The translations under genes and the position numbers were made by a program. From NCBI GenBank assembly GCA_029571005.1, contig JAKPTG010000095.1, positions 1 to 56,250 on the forward strand: DNA of 56,250 nt, written 5' to 3'. Shown piece by piece: positions 29,609-37,711 of the stretch. The notes beneath the pieces are model-generated. The model was given only the letters and a program-made list of their open reading frames with translations. It ran no database searches and had not been told where the DNA came from. Each line of letters starts with the position of its first letter. The first letter of the stretch is position 1. This DNA comes from Candidatus Fermentibacterota bacterium. GTDB lineage: Bacteria; Fermentibacterota; Fermentibacteria; Fermentibacterales; JCC-6.

Positions 29609-30821
29609 CGGCCCCCCCTTCCCCTCCGGCAAGGAAAACGCTGAGCGCCCTGAACATCCAGGCCTGGCTCCAGCGTAGGTGAACCGTCCCGTTCCTCAGC
29701 CACCGGCCGCGACGGAAGATGAAGCCTCCGGCCCCGGGGTCCCACAGCAGCTCCACCGCCCTGGACAGAACCCTCCGGGCCTCCCTTCGCATGCCGAAGC
29801 CGCAGAGGGTCACCACTCCCTGGGCGAAGCAGTGGGAATCGAGGGGATGGGTGGAGTGGCTGTAGTACCGGGCGGTGCCGTCTTCCAGAAACAGATGGTC
29901 CAGGTAGTACCGGAGCCCCCGGTCCAGGGTTCCTGAGAATTCGTCGGTGTCCAGCAGGATCGAGACCTCCCTGAGGGCGTCCAGCACAAAGCCGGTGTGC
30001 AGGCCGTCAATCCATCGCCAGTGGGGGGCTTCCCCGTAATGCCACCCCCCGTCGGGCAACTGCTTTCCGGCCACGTACCTGCACGCGCTCAAGGCCGTCT
30101 CCCGCCTTTTCCCCCCCGGGTCGGAACCGGGAAGAACCGCGACCCGGGCCAGTATCCTGGCGGCGAACAGGGAGGCGTTGTACACCCGGGCCCCGTCCCG
30201 GGGCGAGTAACTGAAACAAACACCGCCGTCCTCCCGGAACACCCCAAGGTGCCCCTCCACGAAGTCGGCCAGTCCCCGGGCCGCGGGAAGGAAAAAAGGG
30301 CTGTCCGATTCCATGAGGGCGTCCAGCACGAAGCTCGAGCACACCACCGTGGGCGCCCATGCGGGCTGTAGAAACGCCCTGCCCTGCCACGGGAAATCGT
30401 AGCCCCAGGCGAACACCCCCGCCGCGGAAGCCTCCTCCGCCGAAATATCGTTCCTGAAAGCCCGGTCCGGGGAAAAAGCCGGGGAGCCGTCAGGCCTCGA
30501 GGCAAGGCTCATTATAAGCTGCTGCAGCCGTCGGATGGTTCCCTCCCGGTTCCCGTCCCCCGCCGTCAGACCCAGACCGCCGAGAAAAAGGGCCAGCCCC
30601 TTGGGATTCCTGCCCGGGGGTATTCCAAGAAAGGGTCTGAGGTTCACGGGGGAATTCTTGACCGCCTGTATCAGGCAGAGGCGGAAAAGCCGTGAACGGC
30701 CGACGATCGGCGCCAGAAGACGGCTCTTCAGGCCGTCGTAGGGATCGGTTCCCCAAAAGTCCGCTTCTTCGGCCCAGGCAAGTATCCGGTCGGACAATTC
30801 CCTGAACCGGGCGTCGTCCAT
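29592..30821 (-). CDS. Uncharacterised alpha/alpha-toroid protein of polysaccharide loci
   Basis: GTDPYDGL, PVNLRP, NPKGLALF, WGYDFPWQ, FSYSP, YNAS, QLPDGGW.Y, WIDGLHTG, RWSQAW conserved-looking motifs. Confidence 0.8.
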   Translation of the reverse strand: MDDARFRELSDRILAWAEEADFWGTDPYDGLKSRLLAPIVGRSRLFRLCLIQAVKNSPVNLRPFLGIPPGRNPKGLALFLGGLGLTAGDGNREGTIRRLQQLIMSLASRPDGSPAFSPDRAFRNDISAEEASAAGVFAWGYDFPWQGRAFLQPAWAPTVVCSSFVLDALMESDSPFFLPAARGLADFVEGHLGVFREDGGVCFSYSPRDGARVYNASLFAARILARVAVLPGSDPGGKRRETALSACRYVAGKQLPDGGWHYGEAPHWRWIDGLHTGFVLDALREVSILLDTDEFSGTLDRGLRYYLDHLFLEDGTARYYSHSTHPLDSHCFAQGVVTLCGFGMRREARRVLSRAVELLWDPGAGGFIFRRGRWLRNGTVHLRWSQAWMFRALSVFLAGGEGGAGEGLV

Positions 30822-30824
30822 GTA

Positions 30825-32984
30825 TCAGATCGTTTCGGGGCTGAGCCGCACCTGAGCCCCGGTCTCCAGGCTTTCCAGCACGGCAAAACCGGCCAGGGTC
30901 GTCAGAATCTGTGATTCCATGGAGAGTGCGGGAACCCCCGTTTCCAGAGCGTCCAGAAAGGCGGCCACCTCCCGGGCGTGCCCCTTGCCGGAAAACCTTC
31001 TCACGACCCTTCCGCGGCCGGCATAGGTCTCAACCCTTGCGAAGTTGTCTATGACCGCGGTGCGGCCGGAGCCGTGGATCTCGAAGCGCTCCTTCGGCAA
31101 GGCCCTGCCGCCCCCGGCGGTGTAAACCACGGTTCCCACCGAGCCGTCGGAGAAGGACAGGGTGATCACCACATCGTCCTCGGGAACCCTGGAGGCGTCC
31201 GGTGTGCGGACGCACATGGCGTGGACCCTCTCCACGGACGCCCGGGTCATGAACTGCATCAGGTCGGTGAAATGACATACCTCCCCCAGTACCCTCCCCC
31301 CGCCCTCCGGAGACTGGGTCCAGTGGTCCCGGGGCACGAATCCCGCGTTCACCCGGTACACCATGGTCAGGGGCGCGCAACCGCTCATGTGCTTCTCCGC
31401 GGCCCGGGCCGCGTCGGAGAACCTCCTGTTGAAGCCCGTCTGGACCATGCCCCCGGTCTCCCTTTGAAGCGCGGCGATCTCACGAAGCTCTTCCATGGTG
31501 AGGCAGAGAGGTTTCTCCACGAATACCGGTTTGCCCGCCCTGAGGCATGCCTTGACCGCGGCGGCGTGGGTGTCGTGCCTGGTGGCCACTATCACCGCGT
31601 CGGTATCCCGGTCCGCAATCAGTTCCTCAATACCCCCGACGGCCCTCCGGAAGCCCAGCCTGGCTCCGATGTCCGCAGCGGTGAGGCCGCTCCTTGTGGC
31701 GACCGCCGACAGGAACACCCGGCGGTCCCTTCGAAGGGGGGGCAGCAGGAAGGTCTGGGCGAAGGAACCCGACCCCGCCAGGCCCGCCCCTATCCGGCCG
31801 GGCTTTACCCGCCGGGCCCCGGCCTTCAGGGGAACCTGACGGACGGCTTCCCCCGGGGTTTCCGGATAACGGATGAGGATACCGCAGAAGGGTTCGGTTC
31901 TGTCGGCTATCATCCCGTAAACGTCGGGCGCCGATTCCAGGGGCACCTCGTGGGTGACGAGCTTCATCGGATCCACCGCCCCCGCGGCCATGCCGTCCAG
32001 CACGGCCTCCATGTTCCTGCCCTCCGTCCATCGGACGTAGGGGAAAGGGTAGTCCCTCCCCCCCTCCTCGTAACCCGGATCGTACCTTCCCGGACCGTAG
32101 GAGCACGACACGGTGAAGCGCAGCTCCTTCCGGTAGTAGGTCTCCCGGGGGAGGTTCATGCCCACCGCCCCAACCGCCACCACCCGCCCCTTCCGGCGGG
32201 TGACCTCGCCCGCCGTCTCCACCGGGCGGTTATCGCCGGTTCCGGCGCAGATCAGGGTCAGGTCCGCCCCCCGGCCCCGGGTGAACCGGTCCAGCGCGGC
32301 TTCCACCGGATCCTCGCCCACCGTGGCTCCCTGTTCTATACTGCCCGCCCTCAGGGCCAGATCCACCTGCCGCCGGTCGGTGTCCAGGCCGAACACCCGG
32401 CATCCGTTGGCCCTGAGGATCTGACAGGCCAACTGACCGACTATGCCCAGACCTATGACCAGGGCCGAATCGCCGTAGGTCGGCTCCGCCAGCCTGACCC
32501 CCTGAAGGGAAACGGAGGCTATCGTGGTAAAGGCCGCGGCCCTGGGATCGACCCCCGGGGGAACCCTGACCACCAGATTCGCCGGAACCACCACCTGATC
32601 GGCGTGGTTGGCGTAGCCCCCGCCGGCACATGCGACGATTTCGCCCGGTTTCAGGTCACACCCCGCCGCAGAGTTCTCCATGACCCGGCCGCACAGGCTG
32701 TAACCCAAAGGCTGTGCGCCCTCCAGCCTGCTCCTCACCTTCATGTAGGTGGCCTTCAGCCCCAGGGCCCCGGCCATTTCCAGCACCTGGGCGACCTGGG
32801 CGGGCCTCGCCCGGGCCTTCCCCGCCAGGGACATTCTGCCTGCCATCACCTTTCCGCCCTCGGTGCCGGCGCTTACGGCGGAAAACAGGGTGGCGACCCG
32901 GATGAAGCCCGGAGCGAGCACCGGATCCGGCGCATCGAAAACGGCCACCGAGCCGTCACTGAGCTTCTGGCCCAATATTTTCAA
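30825..32984 (-). CDS. Bi-domain oxidoreductase (MDR zinc-binding dehydrogenase plus Gfo/Idh/MocA)
   Basis: SAVSAGTE, PLGYS, GLGIVG, SCSYGPGRYDP.YE, RWTEGRN, ATRHDTH, VFVEKP, GFNRRF, GEVCHF. Confidence 0.93.
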   Translation of the reverse strand: MKILGQKLSDGSVAVFDAPDPVLAPGFIRVATLFSAVSAGTEGGKVMAGRMSLAGKARARPAQVAQVLEMAGALGLKATYMKVRSRLEGAQPLGYSLCGRVMENSAAGCDLKPGEIVACAGGGYANHADQVVVPANLVVRVPPGVDPRAAAFTTIASVSLQGVRLAEPTYGDSALVIGLGIVGQLACQILRANGCRVFGLDTDRRQVDLALRAGSIEQGATVGEDPVEAALDRFTRGRGADLTLICAGTGDNRPVETAGEVTRRKGRVVAVGAVGMNLPRETYYRKELRFTVSCSYGPGRYDPGYEEGGRDYPFPYVRWTEGRNMEAVLDGMAAGAVDPMKLVTHEVPLESAPDVYGMIADRTEPFCGILIRYPETPGEAVRQVPLKAGARRVKPGRIGAGLAGSGSFAQTFLLPPLRRDRRVFLSAVATRSGLTAADIGARLGFRRAVGGIEELIADRDTDAVIVATRHDTHAAAVKACLRAGKPVFVEKPLCLTMEELREIAALQRETGGMVQTGFNRRFSDAARAAEKHMSGCAPLTMVYRVNAGFVPRDHWTQSPEGGGRVLGEVCHFTDLMQFMTRASVERVHAMCVRTPDASRVPEDDVVITLSFSDGSVGTVVYTAGGGRALPKERFEIHGSGRTAVIDNFARVETYAGRGRVVRRFSGKGHAREVAAFLDALETGVPALSMESQILTTLAGFAVLESLETGAQVRLSPETI

Positions 32985-33187
32985 ACGGTCCTCCCCTTTG
33001 ACGGCTTGCCGAACAGCTTACAATAATCCAGAAAAAGTGTCGCTGAAAGTGCGGCGCACCCCTGCCCGAAGTATTCGTGCCACACAGCGGACAACACCTC
33101 CGCGGAAAACCCCGGCCCTGCCCCCCTCCCGTGCCCGGAACCGGCGGCAAGGGTTCACGGGCACCGGCGGGCCGGTGACGGCCGCAA

Positions 33188-33216
33188 TTGACCTAACCCC
33201 CGACAAGGCTTATTCT
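33188..33216 (+). promoter_or_regulatory. Sigma70-type promoter
   Basis: TTGACC (33188-93), 17 nt spacer, TATTCT (33211-16), followed by an AGGAGG RBS. Confidence 0.7.
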
Positions 33217-33238
33217 TGCGTTAATAACAGGAGGAAGC

Positions 33239-33349
33239 GTGATCGCAATGGCTCAGGGAGTCTTCAAGGGCGGCGCCGTGGTCCGGTCCGGCGACGGTAC
33301 AGGAACATTCATCGCCTACACCCGCACACCAAGGGCGGAATCGGTCTGA
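33239..33349 (+). CDS. Small peptide (33-36 aa)
   Basis: AGGAGG RBS, GTG 33239 or ATG 33248: (MIA)MAQGVFKGGAVVRSGDGTGTFIAYTRTPRAESV*; sits directly behind a consensus promoter. Confidence 0.6.
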   Translation: MIAMAQGVFKGGAVVRSGDGTGTFIAYTRTPRAESV

Positions 33350-34362
33350 TACCCCCTTCGGCTTCCTCCCGTTCCCGGCCGGACCCGCCGGGCCCCCCCG
33401 ATCCGGTCACCGCCGCCGCGTGCCGCTGGCTGCTGGCCGGAGGGGCGCAGGGAGGGTACCCGGGGCCGCACCCCGGAGAAGAACATCAACTGGCCCCCCT
33501 TCTTGCCCGGGAAACCGGAAACCGGAGGCTGGGGCTGGCTTCCGCGGCGGACTGGCTGCGCCGGGAAACCCTCCTCCAACCGGTGCTCGCACTGCTGGAG
33601 CGCGAGGAGACCCCGGTCTTCGCCTTCAAGGGTTTCGATCTCGCCCGAAGCCTCTACCCTTTCCCGGAGGGAAGGCCCATGGCCGACGCCGACTTCATTC
33701 TCCCCCGGGAAAAACTGGAGAGGGTTCTCAGCGCCTTCGTCAGATCCGGCTGGACCGCCGGCGCATCGGGCCCCTGCATGGCGGGGGTGACCTCGGAGCT
33801 GAAACTGAGGCTGCACTCGGTCACGGCGGAGCTTCACACCCACGTGTTCTTCTACCCGGACCTCTTCCCGGGCCGCCTCCCGGCGGACCTGTACGAAGAC
33901 GGCAGGGTTCTCGGACCCGGGCTCCGGGGGCTCGCCTGGCACAACGCCCTGCTTTTAGTGTTGCTGCACATGCTGGCCAATTCCCGGATCAGACCCGTCT
34001 GGTGGGTGGACACGGCACTCCTCTGCGCCCGGGTCGAAGACGACGGCCTCTGGGAACGCTTCTGGACCGGCGCCGCCGGTACGGGCCTCGGCCCCGGAAT
34101 CGCAAAACTCCTGGCATCGCTTGTTTCCGCCGCCGACGCCCCGGTGCCCCAACGGATGATCCGGGCCCTGGAAGAACTGGACCCCCGGCGGATGCGGATT
34201 CTGAAAACCGTGGGAGCTCCCCGGGGGGCTCCCACCCTCATGGGCCTTCGGTACATGAGCGGCTGGAGAAGGATCGCCTGGCTCCACATCCTGCTCTGGG
34301 CGGTGATCTCCAGCGGAGGCTCCCGGGATCGGCGCCGTCGCCTGTGGACGGAAAAAAGGTGA
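33346..34362 (+). CDS. Nucleotidyltransferase family protein (NTP_transf_5-like); start uncertain
   Basis: AFKGFDLARSLYP..EGRPMADADF, AELHTH, LLVLLHM, WWVD match the LKG..L...Y....R.M.D.D pattern; no ATG/GTG near the 5' end, CTG at 33346 overlaps the upstream TGA. Confidence 0.78.
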   Translation: MIPPSASSRSRPDPPGPPDPVTAAACRWLLAGGAQGGYPGPHPGEEHQLAPLLARETGNRRLGLASAADWLRRETLLQPVLALLEREETPVFAFKGFDLARSLYPFPEGRPMADADFILPREKLERVLSAFVRSGWTAGASGPCMAGVTSELKLRLHSVTAELHTHVFFYPDLFPGRLPADLYEDGRVLGPGLRGLAWHNALLLVLLHMLANSRIRPVWWVDTALLCARVEDDGLWERFWTGAAGTGLGPGIAKLLASLVSAADAPVPQRMIRALEELDPRRMRILKTVGAPRGAPTLMGLRYMSGWRRIAWLHILLWAVISSGGSRDRRRRLWTEKR

Positions 34363-34420
34363 TCCACAACGGCGTAGCTCCCCGTTAGGCAGACACTTCA
34401 TAAAGTGATACCTCCCGGGG

Positions 34421-34498
34421 CGCGGGGCGCGACAGTTCCAGGAGACGATATGAGCCGCCGTGCGCAGTTTCAATCCACGCGCCCACGCGGGGCGCGAC
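34421..34498 (-). CRISPR. Orphan, truncated type I-C-like CRISPR unit (full repeat, 33-nt spacer, 13-nt partial repeat)
   Basis: 34467-34498 = GTTTCAATCCACGCGCCCACGCGGGGCGCGAC (32 nt; the minus strand ends ATTGAAAC); 34421-34433 = CGCGGGGCGCGAC is identical to its last 13 nt; 33 nt lie between them. No cas genes in the window. Confidence 0.8.
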
Positions 34499-34588
34499 CT
34501 GTCGCCTTCGTCTGCCACTGCCCATCTGGACGCTTCGTCACGTGGTACGTCGTTCGTTTCGCCGTGCTTCTACTTATTCCAGTCGGGC

Positions 34589-35110
34589 TCAGCCCCGACC
34601 CTTCACAAGTTCACGGAACGACGCCACGTCCATCCTGAACCGCCGCCGTTCCAGCACATCTTTGTCCCGGTCCGCCTCTTCGACGGTGAGAAGCCCGGCA
34701 TTGATCGCGAGGACGTAGATGCTCACCGTGGTCAGGAGACGTTCCTCGCCGAGGCGGGCGACAACCTCTCGGCGAAAGAGCCGCCGCTCGTCCGAGGCGA
34801 TCATGCAGCCCTCGGCGACCGCCATCGCAATGCAGGCCGCCTCGCCTCTGCCGAGCGAAGCGCGGAGGCCGGCGTAGAGCTTGATCGATGAGAGGTCGGT
34901 GAGCGACTCCTTCCTCAGCTTGCCGTGTTCGATGGCGTCGTCGAGCGCTTGGCGCTGGCCGGGGTCCGCCACCTCTTCGTAGACATGATCGGGGACGACA
35001 AACTCGTACCCCGGCAGGTCGCCCAGGACCGGCAAGCGCCCCACATGGATCAGGTTGATGAGGACGCAGGCGTCCGTCACCACGACTCGAGTTGTCATGG
35101 CATTCGTCAA
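34589..35110 (-). CDS. PIN-domain nuclease (DUF3368/COG2405-like), putative toxin
   Basis: VVTDACVLINL, VPDHVYEE, LGRGEAACIAMA, IASDER give the acidic PIN tetrad; overlaps the stop of the upstream gene. Confidence 0.85.
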   Translation of the reverse strand: MTNAMTTRVVVTDACVLINLIHVGRLPVLGDLPGYEFVVPDHVYEEVADPGQRQALDDAIEHGKLRKESLTDLSSIKLYAGLRASLGRGEAACIAMAVAEGCMIASDERRLFRREVVARLGEERLLTTVSIYVLAINAGLLTVEEADRDKDVLERRRFRMDVASFRELVKGRG

Positions 35111-36351
35111 TCCTCGCCACCTGCGTCGCTCGGATCGTCATCGCCGATCAGCGCCTCGAGATCTTCCGCCGGCGCGCCGACGAGACGCACGATCTCTCGC
35201 AGCTTGCCCGCGGAGATGAGGTCGCGCCGATACGCGTCGAGCCCCAGCCCGAGGAAGCGATGCCTGAACTCGTTCCGCGCCTGGGTGTGGTCGGGCTCGG
35301 CGAGGCCGAGCAGCCTGGCGGTCGTGCGACTCCTGCCGCGCTCGTCCTCCTCCTTGAGTCGGGAGAGCTCGGCGTCGGTGATGAACCGCAGGTTGCGCAG
35401 GCGGTAGAGAGCGGCCGGGACGCTCACACCGAACAGCGAGGCCATCTGCACCACGTCGTAGATCTGCAGGGCTTGGGAGTTCGGAGCGGCGCGTCCTTCC
35501 ACGGTCACCGCCTCGTTCTCGTCGTACACCTGCACGAGAGAACGGCTTGGCTTGCCCTTGCCCAGCGTAGCCACGAACCGGGCCACCGCGTCGGCGGGCA
35601 TCAGGAAGCAGGCAGAGAAGCTGTTCGCACGCACCTCGATGAGGTCGTCGCTCGCCGCCGCCCGGCTCACCGTTCCGAGTCGATCGCGGTCCATGAGCAG
35701 GTGCGCATACTCGTGCGCGAACGAGAACCTTCGCCGCCAGATGGGGTGCTGCCGGTTGACCACGACGAAGAAGCCGAGCTTCGGGTCGTTGATGCTGAGC
35801 CCCGAGACGTCGTCGGGGAGGTCGACAAGGCCCGTCCTGACGCCTTGCCGCTCGATGAGCTCGGTCATCTCCGGCACGGGAGAAAGACCGAGGCCGAGCC
35901 GCCGGCGCTCCTCCTCGGCGACCCGCGCCCCTTGCTGGATGGCCTCCCACCGGGTTTTCAGCACCGCCTGGGGATATGCCGCCACCGTGGTCTGCTCGCG
36001 TCCGATGCCGAGCAGCTCCTCGAGGTTGGTGAGCTCGCGCCCGATGGCGATGCACTCGCGGACCTTCTCGATCACGTCGGGGTTCTCGGCGACGGCCGGC
36101 TCGGCACGGAACAGCGCGGCGAGCGTGTCGTCCTCGCGAAAGGAGTCGGCCAAGAACTCCCGGATGTCGCGCCCGAACAGGTATGCGAGCCGATCGAGCT
36201 CCAGGCTCGACACCGCGCGGTTGCCGAGCTCCATCTGGGCGACGGTGGAGCGCGAAGTACCGAGATGCTTCGCGACGTCATCCTGCTTCATCCGGCAGGC
36301 TTCTCTCGCCGCACGAAGGCGGCGTCCAAGCTCTTGCGCATTGATAGGCAT
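35107..36351 (-). CDS. XRE-family HTH fused to ImmA/IrrE (COG2856/DUF955) metallopeptidase
   Basis: GGAGG RBS, ATG 36351; LGRRLRAAREACRMKQDDVA...STVAQMELGNR (HTH_3); VSGL, RRRFSFAHEYAH (HExxH), EVRANSFSACFLMP, FGVS..AALYRL. Confidence 0.93.
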   Translation of the reverse strand: MPINAQELGRRLRAAREACRMKQDDVAKHLGTSRSTVAQMELGNRAVSSLELDRLAYLFGRDIREFLADSFREDDTLAALFRAEPAVAENPDVIEKVRECIAIGRELTNLEELLGIGREQTTVAAYPQAVLKTRWEAIQQGARVAEEERRRLGLGLSPVPEMTELIERQGVRTGLVDLPDDVSGLSINDPKLGFFVVVNRQHPIWRRRFSFAHEYAHLLMDRDRLGTVSRAAASDDLIEVRANSFSACFLMPADAVARFVATLGKGKPSRSLVQVYDENEAVTVEGRAAPNSQALQIYDVVQMASLFGVSVPAALYRLRNLRFITDAELSRLKEEDERGRSRTTARLLGLAEPDHTQARNEFRHRFLGLGLDAYRRDLISAGKLREIVRLVGAPAEDLEALIGDDDPSDAGGED

Positions 36352-36359
36352 CGGACCTC

Positions 36360-36812
36360 CTACGCGATCAACGGCAGGCTTCGCGGCGTGAACGCGTCCA
36401 GAACCAGGTGCGAGCCGTAGCCACCCAGCGCGCCGGCCAACGCTCCGGCCGCCAACCTGAGCAGCAGCTCGAGGAAGGCGTGCCAGAGCCGAGCGAGCGT
36501 CGACTGCGACTGCATCGCGAGCGCGCCCTGCCGATCCGCACCCGCTCGCAGGGAAACCTGCCACGAATCGAGGTGCCGCGACGCAGGGACACCCAGAGTC
36601 ACCGCGGGCGCGGCGCCGTGCGCCACGCTCCGATGACCGGGATGGATCGCGGGCTCAAGGACATCGGGCAGCATCCCCAGGCCGACGCCGGCGAGCACAC
36701 CACCAGCGGTCTCGACCGTTCGGTGAACTGCCGGTTGCCCGGCGGACCAGACCAAGGCAAAGCTGCCTCCCGCGACTGCCCCGACGACCTTGTGCGTTCT
36801 TTTGTTCGGCAT
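36360..36812 (-). CDS. Membrane-bound metal-dependent hydrolase (YdjM/DUF457-like)
   Basis: MPNKRTH, GMLPDVLEP, HRSVAH, GYGSHLVLDAFTP motif set with hydrophobic helices; GGAGG RBS. Confidence 0.85.
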   Translation of the reverse strand: MPNKRTHKVVGAVAGGSFALVWSAGQPAVHRTVETAGGVLAGVGLGMLPDVLEPAIHPGHRSVAHGAAPAVTLGVPASRHLDSWQVSLRAGADRQGALAMQSQSTLARLWHAFLELLLRLAAGALAGALGGYGSHLVLDAFTPRSLPLIA

Positions 36813-36829
36813 GAGCAACCTCCAGATCA

Positions 36830-36858
36830 ATGATAGCTATTCAAACGCCGCTTGTCAA
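36830..36858 (-). promoter_or_regulatory. Sigma70 promoter of the hydrolase-XRE/ImmA-PIN operon
   Basis: Minus strand TTGACA (36858-53), 17 nt spacer, TATCAT (36835-30), just upstream of the RBS. Confidence 0.8.
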
Positions 36859-37102
36859 GTTACGGATTTAGCGTCGGTATTTCCGGCCCACGGCACATGC
36901 AGCACGAAGTTCTCGTCGCTCGCGGGGCGTCGTGTCGGCCCAGGCCGGGCCGGCCCTGGCTTGAGATGCTTGAGTTGCATCGGTAACTCTTTGCTGAACA
37001 AATAGATGACTATATTGTGCTTCTTTTAGGCTGTATATCAACTACATTAGAATCATAGCTTTCTATTTGGAAAATAGATCTCGCCTGGATCATCCTGATT
37101 CT

Positions 37103-37623
37103 TAGCCCGGATTTCTCACCATTGAGTTGAACAAGGCCGTTCTAAAGTGGTATAATTGAGTATCAATCCGCCAATTACACCGCAAAAGAACGGCCGGCGA
37201 TGAAAAACTCCGTTACCCCGGTAATGCTCAGTTGGAGCTTGGATTTCAAAGGCTCGGTTCCCGCAGGGTCGTCAGCAGATTCGATGCGGTTTTATCACCT
37301 CCGACGCTGGTGTCCTACAGCTTCGGGAAGTGGAAGCCCGGACGGGGATCATCGCCGGCTTTGCCGCCTGCTTCGAGGACAGGCGGGATTCTGCAAGGAT
37401 CGAACACAGCATCTTGGAACTGGTGTCCCAGAGGGTGTACGGTCTTGCATTGGGCTATGATGATCTGAACGACCACGACGGGCTTCGGTGTGATCCTATG
37501 CTTGCTCTTGCTGTTGGCAAGGGCGACATCACCGGGAATGACCGGGTTCGTGAGAGGGACCGTGGTAACGCCCTTGCGGGGAAGAGTTCCTTGAATCGTC
37601 TTGAGTTGAGCAGCTCACGTTGA
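37103..37623 (+). mobile_element. IS1380-family remnant: left end plus frameshifted, truncated transposase
   Basis: Starts TAGCCCGGATTTCTCACCA; pieces in several frames read LGFQRLGSRRVVSRFD / TSDAGVLQLREVEARTGII..FAACFEDRRD..RIEHS..ELV.QRVYGLALGY.DLNDHD.LR.DP...LAGKSSLNRLEL, the N-terminus of IS1380 (DDE_Tnp_1_4) transposases; stops at 37623. Confidence 0.88.
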
Positions 37624-37636
37624 GGACAGGGAGCGG

Positions 37637-37675
37637 TTGACATCGTAAGCAGCATTGTCAAGAATAATGGACAAT
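37637..37675 (+). promoter_or_regulatory. Promoter with overlapping inverted repeats (putative operator)
   Basis: TTGACA (37637-42), 17 nt spacer, AAGAAT; palindromes TTGACA-N13-TGTCAA (37637-61) and ATTGTC-N10-GACAAT (37654-75). Confidence 0.7.
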
Positions 37676-37711
37676 ACTGGTCGTGTCGGTCCATCAGAGG
37701 AAGGTGCTCGA

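Noticed and set aside
30978-33026. Long antisense or alternative-frame ORFs (for example 682 aa here, 648 aa at 3440-5386, 547 aa at 14457-16100, 530 aa at 52934-54526)
   Set aside because: Shadow ORFs of well-supported genes in high-GC DNA; no motifs or RBS.
32749-33345. N-terminal 199 aa of the 537-aa track ORF
   Set aside because: Overlaps the opposite-strand oxidoreductase and the promoter region; only the part from about 33346 has nucleotidyltransferase motifs.
34363-34392. GTTAGGC core plus the short hairpin AACGG..CCGTT at the island edge, resembling an integron attC
   Set aside because: Only about 30 nt, with no L boxes, no proper complementary core and no integrase; too short for an attC.
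34532-34563. Possible third degenerate CRISPR repeat starting GCTTCGTCACGTGG at the correct 33-nt spacing
   Set aside because: Identity too low to include in the array call; mentioned only as a possibility.
36914-36935. GTCGCTCGCGGGGCGTCGTG, faintly like the CRISPR repeat
   Set aside because: Needs several gaps, lacks the ATTGAAAC end and is expected by chance in GC-rich DNA.
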